A stretch of 64,000 bases of DNA, taken from contig JBEKSS010000009.1 of NCBI GenBank assembly GCA_049516875.1, forward strand, positions 62,833 through 126,832, given 5' to 3'. The notes beneath the pieces were generated by a model. It made no database searches, was not told the origin of the DNA, and was given only the letters and a program-made list of their open reading frames with translations. The position numbers and the translations under genes were made by a program. Below, one piece after another: positions 30,258-39,727 of the stretch. Source of the stretch: Candidatus Bathyarchaeia archaeon (GTDB lineage: Archaea; Thermoproteota; Bathyarchaeia; Bathyarchaeales; Bathycorpusculaceae). Position 1 is the first letter of the stretch; each line of letters starts with the position of its first letter.

Positions 30258-31111
30258 TTCACACTCTTCTCAAGTCTCTGCCTACCGTCAAGCATTCCCT
30301 TCCAAGGGTTGCTCTCAGACTTGGCAATAGTGAACAAAGTGAAACTCTCTGGCTTTAATCCTTTTTTGACTTCGCTCCAGTCTAATGGCATAGAAACGGT
30401 TGCTTGAGGAGTAGCCCTCAGACTGTACGGACAGATCATAGTTCTACCATGAGAATTCTGCCTGTAATCAATGTAAACAGTTCCGGGCTCTTTGGACTGG
30501 GAAACTTCCGAGACAACGGCTGGAGACTCTCGGGCCAAGTACTTTCCGACTTGGTGCACGTATTCCCTTGTCTGAGCAAAGGTGTACTCTCGAACTATGG
30601 GAACAAGAATGTGCAATCCCTTTTTTCCAGAAGTCTTCACGTAAGATCTAAGACCCAAGCCGTCAAGCTTCTCCTTCAGCGTCAACGTCACGGCGACAGT
30701 GTCGTTCATGCTCGCCGGCGGCTCCGGATCGATGTCAAAGACCATAAGGTCGGGCTTCTCGAAGGCGTCTATTTTTGAGAGTGTCATGTGAAGCTCTAGG
30801 GCCGCGAGGTTGGCAAGCCAAACAAGTGTGTCTAGGTCATTGCACACAACGTAGTTTATTTCCCGCTCGGCTGCTTCGGAATGTTTCTTGAACGTCTTCA
30901 CCCAAGCAGGAGTGCCCTGAGGCATGTCCTTTTCGTAGAAGCCCTCCTTGTCGACGCCGTTGGGAAACCGCGTCAGAACTGTCGGCCTGTTGGCAAGGAT
31001 GCCTAACATTCTGGAGGCCATTCTGATGTAGTGTTGGATCACCTGCGCTTTCGTCACTATTACCTCTGGATAAAGTATTTTGTCCAAGTTCGTGAACTCT
31101 ACCCTAGTCAA
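30254..31111 (-). CDS. ligD: Stand-alone LigD polymerase (AEP superfamily)
   Basis: TNLDKILYP, RFPNG, FYEK, VFDIDP, KTSGKKGLH, YIDY.QN..G.T...PYSLR. Confidence 0.92.
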   Translation of the reverse strand: MTRVEFTNLDKILYPEVIVTKAQVIQHYIRMASRMLGILANRPTVLTRFPNGVDKEGFYEKDMPQGTPAWVKTFKKHSEAAEREINYVVCNDLDTLVWLANLAALELHMTLSKIDAFEKPDLMVFDIDPEPPASMNDTVAVTLTLKEKLDGLGLRSYVKTSGKKGLHILVPIVREYTFAQTREYVHQVGKYLARESPAVVSEVSQSKEPGTVYIDYRQNSHGRTMICPYSLRATPQATVSMPLDWSEVKKGLKPESFTLFTIAKSESNPWKGMLDGRQRLEKSVN

Positions 31112-31501
31112 CTTCTCCAGGCAGACTCACCCTCTGAGTTGAATATGTATCTCTTCGTCCGGATATTTGTGCGTGTTACCGCTCAATAGCACGCCCTGCG
31201 AGTCAGGCATCTGTATATGACCAAATCCTTTTGAAAATAAGAAATTATCGTTGAAGAACCAGAAGACAATTACTAGTACGAGTAGCGCCACCAAGAAAAC
31301 GATATCTTTGGTTGGAAAATGTCTTTCTGTTACTAACTTCTCTGTGGATTCCGCTTTGTCTCTAAGTTCTGCATACTTAAGATTGACCGCTTCTAGCTTT
31401 TCTCGTGAATTGTAACGCGCGGGCGATGTTTGCTTTGTTCCCGTGAAACGGGCTCTCGCACTGCTTAATAGTCTGCAGAACGGTATCTCTGATTGATTAG
31501 A

Positions 31502-32407
31502 ATGGCAGGTTTCAGAAGAATCGATAGAATCTTGAAAGGCAAGTCGACTCTTGAAGGCGCAGGCGTCAAGCTAAAACGTGCATTTGGTCCTCATGAAGTT
31601 CCTTTGCTGGACCCGTTTTTGCTTCTTGACGATTTTCACTCCAATAACCCGGACGACTATTTGGCGGGTTTTCCTTGGCATCCCCATCGAGGTATAGAAA
31701 CAGTGACCTACGTGCTTGAGGGCATGGTTGAGCACGGAGACAGCATGGGAAACAGGGGCGTGATACGTTCGGGCGATGTGCAGTGGATGACAGCGGGCAA
31801 CGGCATCATCCATCAGGAAATGCCGAAGGGTTCCGAGGGTGGGCTGATGTGGGGCTTCCAGCTTTGGGTGAACCTGCCCGCGTCGCACAAGATGGACGAC
31901 CCGACGTACAGGGGCATAACGAGAGGCGAGATCCCTGAGGTCGAGGTTAATCCAGGCGTCAGAGTCAAGGTAATCTGCGGCGAATTGAAGGGAAACAGGG
32001 GGCCCGTTCAAGGTCTCACGGTGGACTGTGAATACTTGGACGTGATGTTGGAACCGAACGCTCAACTCGAACACTCCACTAAGAAGGGACACGGAGCCTT
32101 TGCTTACGTAATCGGTGGAAGAGGCTACTTCGATCAACAGAGATCAAACCCAATCGACGCAGAACAGGTCGTCGTCTTCAGCGGAGGCGAAAAAGTCAAG
32201 ATTAGCACAGGGGACAATAGTCTGCGGTGCCTCATGATATCGGGAAAGCCTGTAGGTGAACCGGTAGCTTGGCTTGGGCCCATCGTTATGAACACCCAGG
32301 AAGAGCTGAGAACTGCGTTCAGCGAACTCGACCGAGGCACTTTCCTGAGAAACCCAAAGGCCGCGAGGAACCCGCCTGAACTGCACCCGACCTATTACAA
32401 AAGATAA
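31502..32407 (+). CDS. Pirin family protein
   Basis: DPFLLLDDF, GFPWHPHRGIETVTY, WMTAG.GI.HQE, GPIVMNT. Confidence 0.95.
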   Translation: MAGFRRIDRILKGKSTLEGAGVKLKRAFGPHEVPLLDPFLLLDDFHSNNPDDYLAGFPWHPHRGIETVTYVLEGMVEHGDSMGNRGVIRSGDVQWMTAGNGIIHQEMPKGSEGGLMWGFQLWVNLPASHKMDDPTYRGITRGEIPEVEVNPGVRVKVICGELKGNRGPVQGLTVDCEYLDVMLEPNAQLEHSTKKGHGAFAYVIGGRGYFDQQRSNPIDAEQVVVFSGGEKVKISTGDNSLRCLMISGKPVGEPVAWLGPIVMNTQEELRTAFSELDRGTFLRNPKAARNPPELHPTYYKR

Positions 32408-32606
32408 GGAACAGCAAGCAAGCTGGCACGGAATCGATTCGAGAATCTGCTGGCCCGCCCCAAACAGACACATCAGGAATGGCGCAAGATTAGGTCAGAG
32501 ATCTTAGCGTGGTGTGGAATATAGATTGAATTGGGATTTGGGGTTTTTCGATCAGCGTGAACACAGACTGGAAAGTCTTTAAAGGCCTAGTCAATTAGAA
32601 TGGAAG

Positions 32607-32996
32607 TTGGTGGTGCAGATGGAGTATGTTAAGACTGATAGGGCACCTTCGCCGGTTGCGTGTTATTCTCAGGCTGTGAGGGCGGGTGACTTGCTTTTCG
32701 TTGCTGGCCAGGTGCCTTTGGATCCTAAGACCAAGAAGCTGGTTGAGGGTGGCATTGAGGCTCAGGCGAGACAGGCTTTGGAGAACGTCAAAGCGATAGT
32801 TGAGGCTGCTGGTTCGTCTCTTGAGAAGGTGGTCAAGGTGACGGTTTTCTTGAAGGATATGAAGGATTTCAAGAAGATGAACGACGTGTGCTGCACGTAT
32901 TTTATGAAGGACCTTCCGGCTCGAACCACGGTTCAAGCACAGCTAGCCGTGCCGGAATTGCTCATAGAAATCGAAGCCACAGCCTGCTTCACATAG
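32607..32996 (+). CDS. RidA/YjgF/YER057c family protein
   Basis: YSQAV, AGQVPLDP, PARTTV, IEIEA. Confidence 0.93.
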   Translation: MVVQMEYVKTDRAPSPVACYSQAVRAGDLLFVAGQVPLDPKTKKLVEGGIEAQARQALENVKAIVEAAGSSLEKVVKVTVFLKDMKDFKKMNDVCCTYFMKDLPARTTVQAQLAVPELLIEIEATACFT

Positions 32997-33027
32997 AAGC
33001 GCGTGCACATCTGTGAATAGCTGGTTT

Positions 33028-33045
33028 GGATAAGACTTTACCCCC
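33028..33045 (+). repeat. Family B palindromic core
   Basis: GGTTTGGATAAGACTTTACCCCCAAACC. Confidence 0.75.
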
Positions 33046-33205
33046 AAACCCCCCAACTTTTGGTTTATGCATGGCACGCGTCAAGAATGGTATTTCACGT
33101 TTTTGATTTTCTCACGCGTCTAGACAGACTTAAATTACGATTGCCTTAAGAATATGTGAAGGACAGGCGATAAATGCCATATTTGCACTATTACGAAGGA
33201 GAAAG

Positions 33206-33430
33206 TTGATAATGAAGTTTGGAAGCAAATTCCACCTGGCATTGGACATTTTCCTTTTCGCCATAGGCCTCGCGACCATAATCCTAGCTATCAACGAAGC
33301 CACTGTAGATGCTCTTGATCGCATGGGTTCAAACTATTGGCTTGCATACTCCGCAACCATCTCTGGAATTGCAACGCTTCTCTTGACCTCACGCCAGCAC
33401 CCTGCTCGGAAGACTGGTACGCGCAATTAG
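33206..33430 (+). CDS. Small two-TM membrane protein
   Basis: Two hydrophobic helices; AGGAG RBS. Confidence 0.5.
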   Translation: MIMKFGSKFHLALDIFLFAIGLATIILAINEATVDALDRMGSNYWLAYSATISGIATLLLTSRQHPARKTGTRN

Positions 33431-33634
33431 AGCAAAACACGAAAGAAATGAAGTCACGCTTAGCGCGCAAGAAAAGCTTTGGTTGTAAGTGCGACATTGT
33501 TAGCGCGCGCATTTCAATTTGTTACAATTGATGGTTCTTTCAACATTCTGCAAAACTGCTCGATATCACAATTTGTTACAGTCCGGTCGTCAAAAGAATT
33601 TCGCGGGGTCAGTATTGCTCTTAGCGCGCGATGC

Positions 33635-35560
33635 TTATCCTTTAATCTTGGCTAGAGGCTTTGACTTACTCAGCAACAGTAAAGCGGAATTGATTACCAC
33701 TGATATGCATCCGGCTTCTGCAAGAACAACGGCTAGTACTGGATTTAAGATGCCAAAAGCGGCTAAACTCAATGCGACTATGTTCCAGATAAAGGCGTAA
33801 ACTATGTTTCCCTTCATTCTGTTAAACGCCTTCCGACTCAGGCTAATCGCATATTCAACCTTTGTCAAGTCGTCTCCAAGCAGAGCCACGTCAGCAGTCT
33901 CAACAGCCACATCGCTGCCAGCCGCACCCATCGCAAACCCAACATCAGAATTAGCCAACGCAGGAGCATCATTCACACCGTCACCAACCATCGCAACAAC
34001 ATTGCCTTTTTTCAGTTCCCCAATGACCGCAACTTTCTGTTCAGGTAAAAGCTCAGCATGGTACTCATCAACCCCGATCTGCTCAGCGATAGATTTGGCA
34101 GTCCGCATGTTATCGCCAGTTATCATAACGGTTTTGACTCCTAAGCGCTTAAGCCTCTGTATAGCTTCCAAAGAATTCTCCCTAACTGTGTCAGCCACAA
34201 CGATTATGCCGATAACATGTTTGTCTAGTGCTACGGGAATGGCTGTTTTCCCCTCGCTTTCAACTCGATTCATCAATTGATTCGCTTCTTCTGAAATCTC
34301 CGTTTCTATCATCTTAGTTCCAATTAGGATATGCTTGTTTCCGTAATGGGCGTCCACGCCATGCCCTGGAATAGTTTTGAAGTCTGTGGGGTCAGGAATT
34401 GTCATGCTCATCTCAGTTGCCTTAGCGATGATGGCTTTGGATAGAGGTTGTTCTGAGAATTTCTCAGCAATTGCTGTATACTTAATTACGTCCGCTTCAG
34501 AGTAATTACCGAAGGTTTTTATCTCAACAACCTTGGGTTCGCCGATGGTTAACGTGCCAGTCTTGTCGAATGCGACCAGCTTAACGTCCTTTAGCTTTTC
34601 GATGTGTGTGCCACCCTTGATTATTATGCCGTTCATGCTGGCATTACCGATGGTTGCAGCTACAGCGACAGGAACAGCTATTGAAAGCGCGCAAGGACAT
34701 GCGACTAATAGAACAGTTACGGTTCTTGCCAGTGCCACCTCAAACCCAATTGTGAAATAGCTGGCGGCAAATACAACAGATGCCAAAACTGCCATGATTG
34801 GCAAGAAGTAAGTGGTAAATCGGTCTGCAACGTTCTGTATGGGTGCTTTTTTCTCTTGAGCTTCTTCGACTAGTTGAATGAGGTGGGCAAGTGTAGTGTC
34901 CTCAGCGGTTTTTCCAACTTTGATTTCTAATGCTCCATGTTCATTGAGTGTGCCAGCAAATGTGCGGTCCCCTACTGTCTTTTCTGCTGGAATTGATTCG
35001 CCAGTTATGGTTGCTTGGTTGACTGTGCTGTGTCCGGAAATTACTGTTCCGTCAACGGGTATTTTGTCGCCTGGTTTGACTAAGACGATTTCGCCTATCT
35101 TGACCTCGTCTATGGGTATTTCAGCTTCTGCGCCGTCTCGACGTATGCGAGCTGTGGTGGGGCTCATCTTCATGAGATTCTCAAGCGCACCTCTTGTTCT
35201 ATGGATGATGTAGTCTTCAAGGGTCATACCTGCGAGTATTATGAACGCCACTATTGCTGATGCTGTGAGGTAACCAACTGCTTCTGCTGTGCCAGTGGCT
35301 GATGCTGAGGGTAGGACGAGACCAGCTACTACAGAAATAAAGATGGCAATAGTTGCAAACAATTGGGCAGTGACATTCCCATGCCGCAGGGATCGAATGC
35401 CGTGCAAATAGATGCGGTAGCCTAAGGCAACGGCGATCAAAGTCAAAGCAATGCTAATTTCATGCGCATAAGTTACTTGAGTTCCAGATATTAGGGCGCC
35501 TGCTAAAGCGAATAGTCCAAGTAGAATTACTAGAATTACGCCTTTGATGTGTTCTCTCAT
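33635..35560 (-). CDS. Heavy-metal-translocating P1B-type ATPase
   Basis: TGES, CPC, DKTGTLT, TGD, GDGVNDAP. Confidence 0.95.
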   Translation of the reverse strand: MREHIKGVILVILLGLFALAGALISGTQVTYAHEISIALTLIAVALGYRIYLHGIRSLRHGNVTAQLFATIAIFISVVAGLVLPSASATGTAEAVGYLTASAIVAFIILAGMTLEDYIIHRTRGALENLMKMSPTTARIRRDGAEAEIPIDEVKIGEIVLVKPGDKIPVDGTVISGHSTVNQATITGESIPAEKTVGDRTFAGTLNEHGALEIKVGKTAEDTTLAHLIQLVEEAQEKKAPIQNVADRFTTYFLPIMAVLASVVFAASYFTIGFEVALARTVTVLLVACPCALSIAVPVAVAATIGNASMNGIIIKGGTHIEKLKDVKLVAFDKTGTLTIGEPKVVEIKTFGNYSEADVIKYTAIAEKFSEQPLSKAIIAKATEMSMTIPDPTDFKTIPGHGVDAHYGNKHILIGTKMIETEISEEANQLMNRVESEGKTAIPVALDKHVIGIIVVADTVRENSLEAIQRLKRLGVKTVMITGDNMRTAKSIAEQIGVDEYHAELLPEQKVAVIGELKKGNVVAMVGDGVNDAPALANSDVGFAMGAAGSDVAVETADVALLGDDLTKVEYAISLSRKAFNRMKGNIVYAFIWNIVALSLAAFGILNPVLAVVLAEAGCISVVINSALLLLSKSKPLAKIKG

Positions 35561-35817
35561 TGGATTTCCTCTCTTGATACTATCTCAATTTGGTAGCCGA
35601 GCTTTTCAATGCGTTCAGTGATCTTGGAGAGACTGATTTTTTGTGCGTCGTATTCTATTGTGACCTTACCTGTTATCTCGTCAACTTTAACTTTTGAGAT
35701 TCCGTTTAGCCTGGCTATTGCATGTCTGAGATTATCTGCTTCATAATCAGTTGCACATGTGCGGCATCCAGTACAATCTCTTTTTGAGGCGTTCAGGATA
35801 ACTTTCTCAATATTCAT
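35557..35817 (-). CDS. Heavy-metal-associated (HMA) chaperone
   Basis: DCTGCRTC and ferredoxin-like pattern ending KLGY. Confidence 0.8.
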   Translation of the reverse strand: MNIEKVILNASKRDCTGCRTCATDYEADNLRHAIARLNGISKVKVDEITGKVTIEYDAQKISLSKITERIEKLGYQIEIVSREEIQ

Positions 35818-35904
35818 TGGCTCACCAAAAACAGGTAGTCATATTCAAGAATTTAAATCTATTGTTATAATCCCCGTGTTTCGCACAAGTATGCCCTTAA
35901 AAAA

Positions 35905-36291
35905 TCAAAAGATGTTTAGTTTACGCATGCCTTCAAAAAGTTCAGGATTAGCTATGCTATAGAAAACCCATTTTCCTTCTTTCCTGTCCTTCACCAACCC
36001 AACATTCTCTAGAATCCTCAGATGATGTGAAGCGGTAGGCTGAGTTAAATCAAGCGCAACCATGACTTCACAGACACACATCTCACGGGATGATAGCAAG
36101 CCTAAAATTCTAAGCCTAATGGAGTCTGCAAGAGCTTTCAAGACCTTGCTCTTAGCTTCACTGTTTTCCGAACTTATGCCTTTATTGGCTAGTTCCTTTA
36201 ATTCGTCAGCGTATTCTGAGGCAGTTTCGCAAGAGCAAATTCCTGATTCGGCTAACCGTTGTAATCTCTCACCTATTTTTGATGCAGCCAT
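35905..36291 (-). CDS. ArsR/SmtB metalloregulator
   Basis: KALAD..RLRIL, EMCVCE, TQPTASHHL, RKEGKW. Confidence 0.92.
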   Translation of the reverse strand: MAASKIGERLQRLAESGICSCETASEYADELKELANKGISSENSEAKSKVLKALADSIRLRILGLLSSREMCVCEVMVALDLTQPTASHHLRILENVGLVKDRKEGKWVFYSIANPELFEGMRKLNIF

Positions 36292-36361
36292 ATCTTTTCA
36301 AATAACCAATAATAGCAACGTATTTAAATATGTTTTTTTGTTCCCTTGTTAAGGGACCAAG

Positions 36362-36766
36362 TTGAAGCGAATACTTTTTGTTTGTGTTGAGAATGCTGGC
36401 AGAAGCCAGATGGCAGAGGCCTTCACCAACAAATACGGAAAGGACAAATTTATCGTTTCTAGCGCCGGCAACAAGCCAGCAGACAAAGTCAACCCCATAG
36501 TAGTGGAAGCCTTGAAAGAGAAGGGCATCGACATATCAATGAATAAACCAAAGCTGCTCACTTTCCAGATGGCCCAAGACGCTGATTTGATTGTTACCAT
36601 GGGCTGCAATGACAATGGAATTTGCCCCGGGCCATTCTTCAAACCAACAATTGATTGGAAACTTGAAGACCCGAAGGGAAAGCCAATCGAGAAAGCAAGA
36701 GAGATCAGAGATGACATTGAGCGACGGGTCCAGAAGCTAATAGCGGAAGAGAGTAAGAATAACTAA
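36362..36766 (+). CDS. arsC: Thioredoxin-type arsenate reductase (LMW-PTP fold)
   Basis: CVENAGRS, TMGC.....CP, W.LEDP. Confidence 0.9.
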   Translation: MKRILFVCVENAGRSQMAEAFTNKYGKDKFIVSSAGNKPADKVNPIVVEALKEKGIDISMNKPKLLTFQMAQDADLIVTMGCNDNGICPGPFFKPTIDWKLEDPKGKPIEKAREIRDDIERRVQKLIAEESKNN

Positions 36767-36893
36767 ATGGGCGCGCTAACAGACTCTCATTTCAGAGGGA
36801 GCTGCTCTTGCTGAACAGTGACGAGAGCTTAGGAAAGTATATAATGGCCCTCTAATGGGAGAAAGTTGACAATGATAGCGAGGATAGGAGACT

Positions 36894-37637
36894 GTGGGTT
36901 TCTCCAACGTTTACGAGGATGCTAAGCGCGCAGAAGCGTATTCTAAGCTGGAGTTTCCAGGCACCTACTACTTAGCCTACAGGGATCTGCCCAAAATCAT
37001 TCGTCGGTACGTCAGGGGAAGAAAAGCCATTGATTTTGGATGCGGCACCGGACGTTCCACGAGGTTTCTGGAGAAGCTGGGGTTTGATGTTTTCGGCGTT
37101 GATGTGTCAGAAGACATGCTGAAAAAGGCAAGAGAACTCGACCCCAAAGGAGACTATCGACTCACGAAGGACGATGACTTCAGCCAGTTCGAGAGACAAG
37201 CCTACGACCTCGTGTTATCGGTTTTTACGTTTGACAACATTCCCACGATGCAGAACAAGGTCAGAATATTCACGCAACTTGGACGTTTGCTGAGAAACCA
37301 GGGAAGAATCATCAGCGTAGTCTCCTCACCAGAAATATACGTGCATGAATGGGCATCTTTCTCAACCAAGGATTTTCCAGAGAACAAACACGCAAAAAGC
37401 GGAGACACCGTAAAAATAATCCAGACAGACACAGAAGACAAGAGACCAGTAGAAGACATCGTCTGGACAAACGAATCCTACAAAGAAACCTACGAAACAG
37501 CCAGACTACAACTCATCAAGACCTACAAACCACTTGCAAAGAAGAATGAACCATACAAATGGGTCAACGAAACGAAGATAGCCCCCTGGACCATATACGT
37601 GCTGAAGAGAGAAGAAGGCAGGAACAATGCACGGTAA
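36894..37637 (+). CDS. Class I SAM-dependent methyltransferase
   Basis: IDFGCGTGRS, GVDVS..ML. Confidence 0.9.
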   Translation: MGFSNVYEDAKRAEAYSKLEFPGTYYLAYRDLPKIIRRYVRGRKAIDFGCGTGRSTRFLEKLGFDVFGVDVSEDMLKKARELDPKGDYRLTKDDDFSQFERQAYDLVLSVFTFDNIPTMQNKVRIFTQLGRLLRNQGRIISVVSSPEIYVHEWASFSTKDFPENKHAKSGDTVKIIQTDTEDKRPVEDIVWTNESYKETYETARLQLIKTYKPLAKKNEPYKWVNETKIAPWTIYVLKREEGRNNAR

Positions 37638-37917
37638 AACGTAAAAGATACCATGGCGCGTGTTTGATCTTGTGCGCACATCTATATCCGGGTATCCCCA
37701 GATCCGGCGAACCCCAAGCCTGAGAGCCCTTCTTCCGTGCCAAGTCTACATAAGTCTTATAAAAACTACACTCGTAAAGGCTGTGAACAGTGAAAAACAT
37801 GGGAAACAGCAGAACAAGAACGATGGCGTCAATTCTACTCACCTGCTTCGCGCGCGCTCCGTTTGCGAAACAAAACATTTTTACAGGGTGCAATACTTTT
37901 TTTCAGGAATAGTAGGA

Positions 37918-38094
37918 ATGAAAACCATTAAAATCTCAGATGAAACATTCGAATTCTTAGCGTACGTTGCGCGGCAAGACGTAACGTTGCCGGCTCTCCT
38001 CGTTGATTACCTAAAATGGGACCGCTACACGAAAGAAGAGATCAAAGCTCACCTTCACGCATTGGACAGCGCATGCATCAAAGTCCGCGTTTAA
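37918..38094 (+). CDS. 58-aa putative DNA-binding protein, copy 2
   Basis: MKTIKISDETFEFLAYVARQ...; duplicate of 26098..26274. Confidence 0.6.
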   Translation: MKTIKISDETFEFLAYVARQDVTLPALLVDYLKWDRYTKEEIKAHLHALDSACIKVRV

Positions 38095-38178
38095 ATCCTG
38101 CAAGACTTCACAGCCACCACAAGCTTATGCTTAGCTAGGAAAATATTGTTTGCAGCTATGGAGAGCTTGTTTCGAACG

Positions 38179-39075
38179 TCACGTCCTGTCCCTGGTCAGC
38201 TCACTCGTGACATTGAGAACTTTCGACTTTCCTAGCGTTTTGTCGTTTTCTGCAGTTCGTTTGTGTTCTATGGTCCCTTGCAATGTTGTTTGGAGAAAAT
38301 CTTTGTCCCCAATGCGAATACGCGTCGCAGTCAAACTACCGTTATATAAGGTGCCATCTTTGCGTTTCAATCGCACCAAAAAATCAACTACAGTAGCATG
38401 TCGTCTGAGGTCTTCAATTAACTCCTTCCTCTGTTTAGGATTTGCGCATAACTCGGTTAGGTTGATCTTTTCAAGCTCTACTTTGGAGTATCTAGTAAGG
38501 GTTCGCATAGCTCTATTGGTGTCAACCACGACTCCGTCGAGAGATAATATGCCAATACCAATGGGGCTCTGTTCAAAGAGAAGCCGATAGCGTTCCTCAC
38601 TTTCTCGCAAAGCTTCTTCTGCTTTTCTAATTTTCACAGCTTGGCATATACCATGCGCTAGTTCGCCATAGACTGTTTCTGGCTCACCTAGCTTGTTGAA
38701 GTATCCATCGGCACCAAGGTTCAATGCTTTGATAGCTAATTCTTCTCTGCCTTTTCCAGTAAATATAATAAAAGGAATTTTGTCACCTTTCTGCCTTAGT
38801 TCTTTGAAAAACTGTAAACCGTCTTTTCCAGGCATCATATAGTCTGAAACAATCACATCGTATGCTTTCATCTTCATCTTACGTTTGACTACATCAACAG
38901 AAGAAGCAGTCTCCACCACGAAGTTGCCGTGCAATTCCAAACATTGTTTCGCGACCTTTAAAAAACCAGTGTCATCATCAACATGCAAGACCTGTATCAC
39001 TTCCACTTTAGTTGATGCCTTCATGGCAGACTTTTCTCTTGAATCTAGCCGCACGACTATCTGACTCCTAATCAT
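38179..39075 (-). CDS. Response-regulator receiver + PAS domain protein
   Basis: HVDDD, VSDY.MP.KDG, FTGKG, GADGY..K, ESEERYRLLFE PAS. Confidence 0.9.
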   Translation of the reverse strand: MIRSQIVVRLDSREKSAMKASTKVEVIQVLHVDDDTGFLKVAKQCLELHGNFVVETASSVDVVKRKMKMKAYDVIVSDYMMPGKDGLQFFKELRQKGDKIPFIIFTGKGREELAIKALNLGADGYFNKLGEPETVYGELAHGICQAVKIRKAEEALRESEERYRLLFEQSPIGIGILSLDGVVVDTNRAMRTLTRYSKVELEKINLTELCANPKQRKELIEDLRRHATVVDFLVRLKRKDGTLYNGSLTATRIRIGDKDFLQTTLQGTIEHKRTAENDKTLGKSKVLNVTSELTRDRT

Positions 39076-39328
39076 AACACGAGCGTATGGCCACGAGCGC
39101 GCGCTTCGGGCCTAGCATGTTTCTAAGCGCCATTGAGAACGTGTTTGGCTTTGCAGGGATTTCTTGAAAGGCGCATCCTTTCTTTCCCAGATAGTCGTAG
39201 ATGATACCTGTGTTTATATCTCCGAAAATGTATCCGATATTTTTGTCAACGACCCGCAATAGTAAGCCATCGAATTTGTCCAACCTCTGTGCCTCTTTCT
39301 GATAAATGATACTTCCTACAAGCGCCAC
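39068..39328 (-). CDS. Small archaeal signalling-associated hypothetical protein, possibly 3'-truncated at GCGCGC 39097
   Basis: IFG......IYDYL...EIP.KP..FS.AL..MLG pattern. Confidence 0.5.
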   Translation of the reverse strand: MALVGSIIYQKEAQRLDKFDGLLLRVVDKNIGYIFGDINTGIIYDYLGKKGCAFQEIPAKPNTFSMALRNMLGPKRALVAIRSCYD

Positions 39329-39467
39329 TCGTTTATTTCACTTTCGGCAACTATTTTTCGATTTTGTGACCAATTGCAAAATCGTGTGTCTCTCTTCATT
39401 ACGCATGAATTTTCTTATTGGAGAAAAACAACAAGAATTTTGACTAAATGTAAAAGGAGGCGATCTA

Positions 39468-39665
39468 ATGAAACTGAAAGCTCTGGCACTGGTCCTATTG
39501 GTTTTTTCTGCAATGTTCGCAACCTGTTTCGCAGTTATGGTGACACGCTCTCAAGCAACTGAACAGAAAACTGACGTCATCGCTTCTCCTCCATTGGTTC
39601 TTGTAGATAATGAAACAATAGTCACGCCCAATAGACCTATTGATACACCTGGCGGGCCTACATAA
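39468..39665 (+). CDS. Small secreted peptide (65 aa)
   Basis: GGAGG RBS, signal peptide, Pro-rich C-terminus RPIDTPGGPT. Confidence 0.6.
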   Translation: MKLKALALVLLVFSAMFATCFAVMVTRSQATEQKTDVIASPPLVLVDNETIVTPNRPIDTPGGPT

Positions 39666-39727
39666 GTAATAAGAACAGAAGCGGATAGAATCTAGAGCAG
39701 AACTGGTACAGAACGAAGGAGAATGCT

